A stretch of 64,000 nt of DNA. Origin: Hydrolagus colliei. Taxonomy: Eukaryota. The DNA lies in contig CM068755.1 of NCBI GenBank assembly GCA_035084275.1, forward strand, positions 11,470,001 through 11,534,000, given 5' to 3'. The stretch's first letter is position 1, and each line of letters opens with the position of its first letter. The position numbers and the translations under genes are program-made. The notes under the pieces were generated by a model, which was given only the letters and a program-made list of their open reading frames with translations, ran no database searches and had not been told where the DNA came from. Of the stretch, positions 61,201 through 64,000 are shown piece after piece.

Positions 61201-63248
61201 AGCACTTAAGAGAATCTTTACTTTCAAGTGATATGACAAATGTGTATTTCAGCACACATACAGCCATGAAGTGAATACACCCCATTCCACCTTCATTAAG
61301 CCCAACAATTAATTACCATTCTTTATTATGTTGATTTTTTACTTGTTCTAAAAACAACTATTTCATACTACACCTACATAACAGTCGCCTACAATGCAAC
61401 AGTACTGCTATAGTTTGGAATCATAACTACATTTTCCTCTTGTATCCCTCATTTTGTTAAGTAATGCTCTCCAACCGTCTTTCCCACTCACGCACACACA
61501 CACAGTTCCCAGGCCAAATGTTTCTGGCTTTCTCCCAGATGAGGAGGTGTGCAGAATAAAAACATGCCTCAGTTCCCAATTTCCCAGCCTCTTCCTGGGA
61601 ATTAAAAGCATTTTATGCTGGAGATATTGCTACTGGCACTTTATAAGAAATTATTGCGCCATTTAGAGCAAAATCAGCGATCTCATCAAACTAGGATCCA
61701 ATGAACTCAGAACAGCAGTAGCATAAAGGAAACTTTGGGAGGAATGTACATTTGCTATCTCAGGATTTATTCAATCCTATAAAATATTCATTTCACAATA
61801 AAGTGGTAAAAATAGTGTTGTATCCAATAGATTCATTTTAGCATTTTGTAGAAAATGTTTGTCCTTCACCATTATATTTTTCAAAAAAGACTGAACCAAA
61901 ATGATTGAGCACTCAATTCTTCTTCCTGGACATTTAGACAAACCACAGCAATTCAAGAAAATCAAGATAAGACCAAAGTGATTTACAGATCAGATGAAAG
62001 GAACAAATCCACAGAGGAATGAGATTTTTTGAAAGATTGTACTGCTGCTAATGATAATAATCCTTGCATTTGATAGAGCACCTTACCACATCATTGAAAT
62101 GTCCCACAGCACTGCACAGAATTCACCCATTGTCTCCGTTTACAGTAACAAATTTAATAGATTTAACATTCTATTAATATTTGAATTCATTTGCAGTACA
62201 CACCTCATTATCTCTTAATGTGTTGGCCAAATATAATATTATTTGAATTACCTACAAGTAGAAAAAAATCTTACACACAAGCCAACTGAAACATAAAATG
62301 GCACGGTTATAGATTGTAGCAAGATTAACAGTTTTGCTTGGATACCGTGGAGGGGAAGAGAGGAGAGTGAAAAAAACCGGAGGCTATTAAATTGTGATTA
62401 AACATCAATTGTGAAGCCAATGACCTTAATGGGATGTCACAAAGTGAAAGATTAAGTGACCATTGTTGTTCTTCGGAACCCAAGCTAGATGATCTGTTTG
62501 TGCAGAAGCAAACCTCAAAGCCACTGGAATGTGTTTTCACATTGGCAAAAAAAAACTAGTAAGGAGCATCAAGGGAAATGTGCCTGCCTAACCTGCCAGT
62601 GAGCATTTCCATTAAACACCACCCGAAGCCATTCTTGCTTGGTTGAAAGTAAATTTTCAATGTATAAATGACTTGATTCGAACAAAGTTCAGTAGGTTTA
62701 CACCCTTCAACCGGCTCCTGAGCATTGGTCACCTTTGCTGGGTTAAGATGAGGTGAGGTAAAATTAGCATTACAGTATACTTCCAAGGATCCTAAACTTT
62801 GACTTGCTGAAATCTTCCATTTGAGACTCTTTGATTGCCCTGGTTGGTCATTCTGACCATATTAATCCAGGTGTTATTATTTGTGTTACATTTATAAAAG
62901 GGGAGGAAAATGAACCTTTTGTGCGGGAGGGGTTTGGGCTAAATGGGTTTTGAGAGATGTTCTCACATTACAACAGGTCCACGTAAAGTAGGAACTTAAT
63001 TAGTTCCCATGGTTGCATTTTTGATTCACGATAACAAAGGCCCAAAGCTTTACAGTCCACCTGCGGATTGCTTTCAAGCAGCATGTGTATTTTACCAAAA
63101 AATGTCCACTTTCCACCTCGCTCTTCCAACATGAGCTACTTCTGTAAATCCTTTGGTTTAAATATATGTTCAGTTCCATATTTTACACGCTCAATGTATT
63201 TTAAAAGGCTCTTTAATGGAATTTTCCACCATAGGCTATAAATTGGAC

Positions 63249-63474
63249 GGGTGGATTTTTAGCCCCAGTGATTAATCTGTACTATCTAATAAATGTATGG
63301 GAAATTCTGATTGAGTTATTTGCAGGCGGGGGATTGTTTTCAGTGAAAAGCTGTTGGTGCGAAAGAGTTGGCAGCTATTAGTAGCTCCAACCACGCTACT
63401 TTATTATCCTCTTACATCTCAAGAGTTTCAGCAATTTGTTGCCTTGCTGGTGGTGAATGCAAAAAAATCCATCC
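63249..63474. mobile_element. Possible decayed MITE
   Basis: Terminal inverted repeats gggtggattttt and aaaaatccatcc about 225 bp apart; non-coding interior. Confidence 0.35.
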
Positions 63475-64000
63475 AAGACCAAAACATTTAGAAGTCAAGG
63501 TCACTGGTGTTTGGATTCAACTGCAACTCCAGCACTGACTGCCTCACAGAGCAGCTTTGGCTCTCAAACAGTGGAGGAGCTCAGTGTTACACTCAAACAG
63601 TTGAATTGAAAACAATAAGAACCAAAAGTTAGCAGTTGAGGTGAAGAAATTGAATACAACTCAAAAACAAAAGTAAATATGCATAATGTAATGAGAAATA
63701 ACTAATTAATTTAAAGCTGACTTCTGATTAATGCTAATCTTCACAATTTTTGGGGAAAAAAATACACTTTAAGCTTAATTGCAAACATTGATTTAAGAAA
63801 CGACAAATCGCCCTAATTTTTATTTCTTCAAGATACAGCGCAGGTCTTATAAGCTGGATGTCTTGTGGTTAGGTTCAGCAAACCTCTCAGCTGACTTCCA
63901 ACTTGACGAAAAAAAACCTTCTGGGTTGTTGTGTCGCCACAATGTTACTTCCTGATTGATTGAATCATTCATTGATTTTTCAAATCAATTACATTCAAAA

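Noticed and set aside
3205-62120. Recurring ~35-bp palindromic units as a CRISPR-like array
   Set aside because: They are dispersed, in both orientations and variably decayed retroelement tails, without regular spacers or cas genes, in vertebrate DNA.
47290-64000. Upstream ADAMTSL3 exons (signal peptide and the FLPEFAL-type exon)
   Set aside because: No matching translation found by eye; treated as one long intron. A diverged small exon cannot be excluded without tBLASTn.

Overview
Eukaryotic, AT-rich genomic DNA from a vertebrate. The repeat content (tRNA-headed SINEs, Deu-domain SINEs, L2 and CR1 LINE fragments) points to a cartilaginous fish, plausibly a chimaera; this is an inference from recalled repeat sequences. 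The window is the internal part of one minus-strand gene, an ADAMTSL3 (punctin-2) orthologue. I traced 18 coding exons from 47289 down to 8702. All have canonical AG/GT boundaries and compatible phases, and they join into 3599 nt (about 1199 codons) with no stop. They encode a first TSR, the Cys-rich and spacer modules, a TSR array, one Ig-like domain, a linker and the start of a second Ig-like domain. The signal-peptide exons and the C-terminal exons were not found and probably lie outside the window. The rest is intron with many retroelement relics. Most ORFs in the six-frame track are spurious or are exon read-throughs. I see no CRISPR array, operon or new protein-coding system. The best leads are non-coding: tail-only L2 hairpin insertions, two SINE types sharing one 3' tail, a 37-bp direct repeat bracketing an L2 tail, inverted SINE pairs around exons, two intronic promoter-like patches and several hairpins. 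Exon coordinates are base-exact from manual reading; repeat boundaries are approximate.
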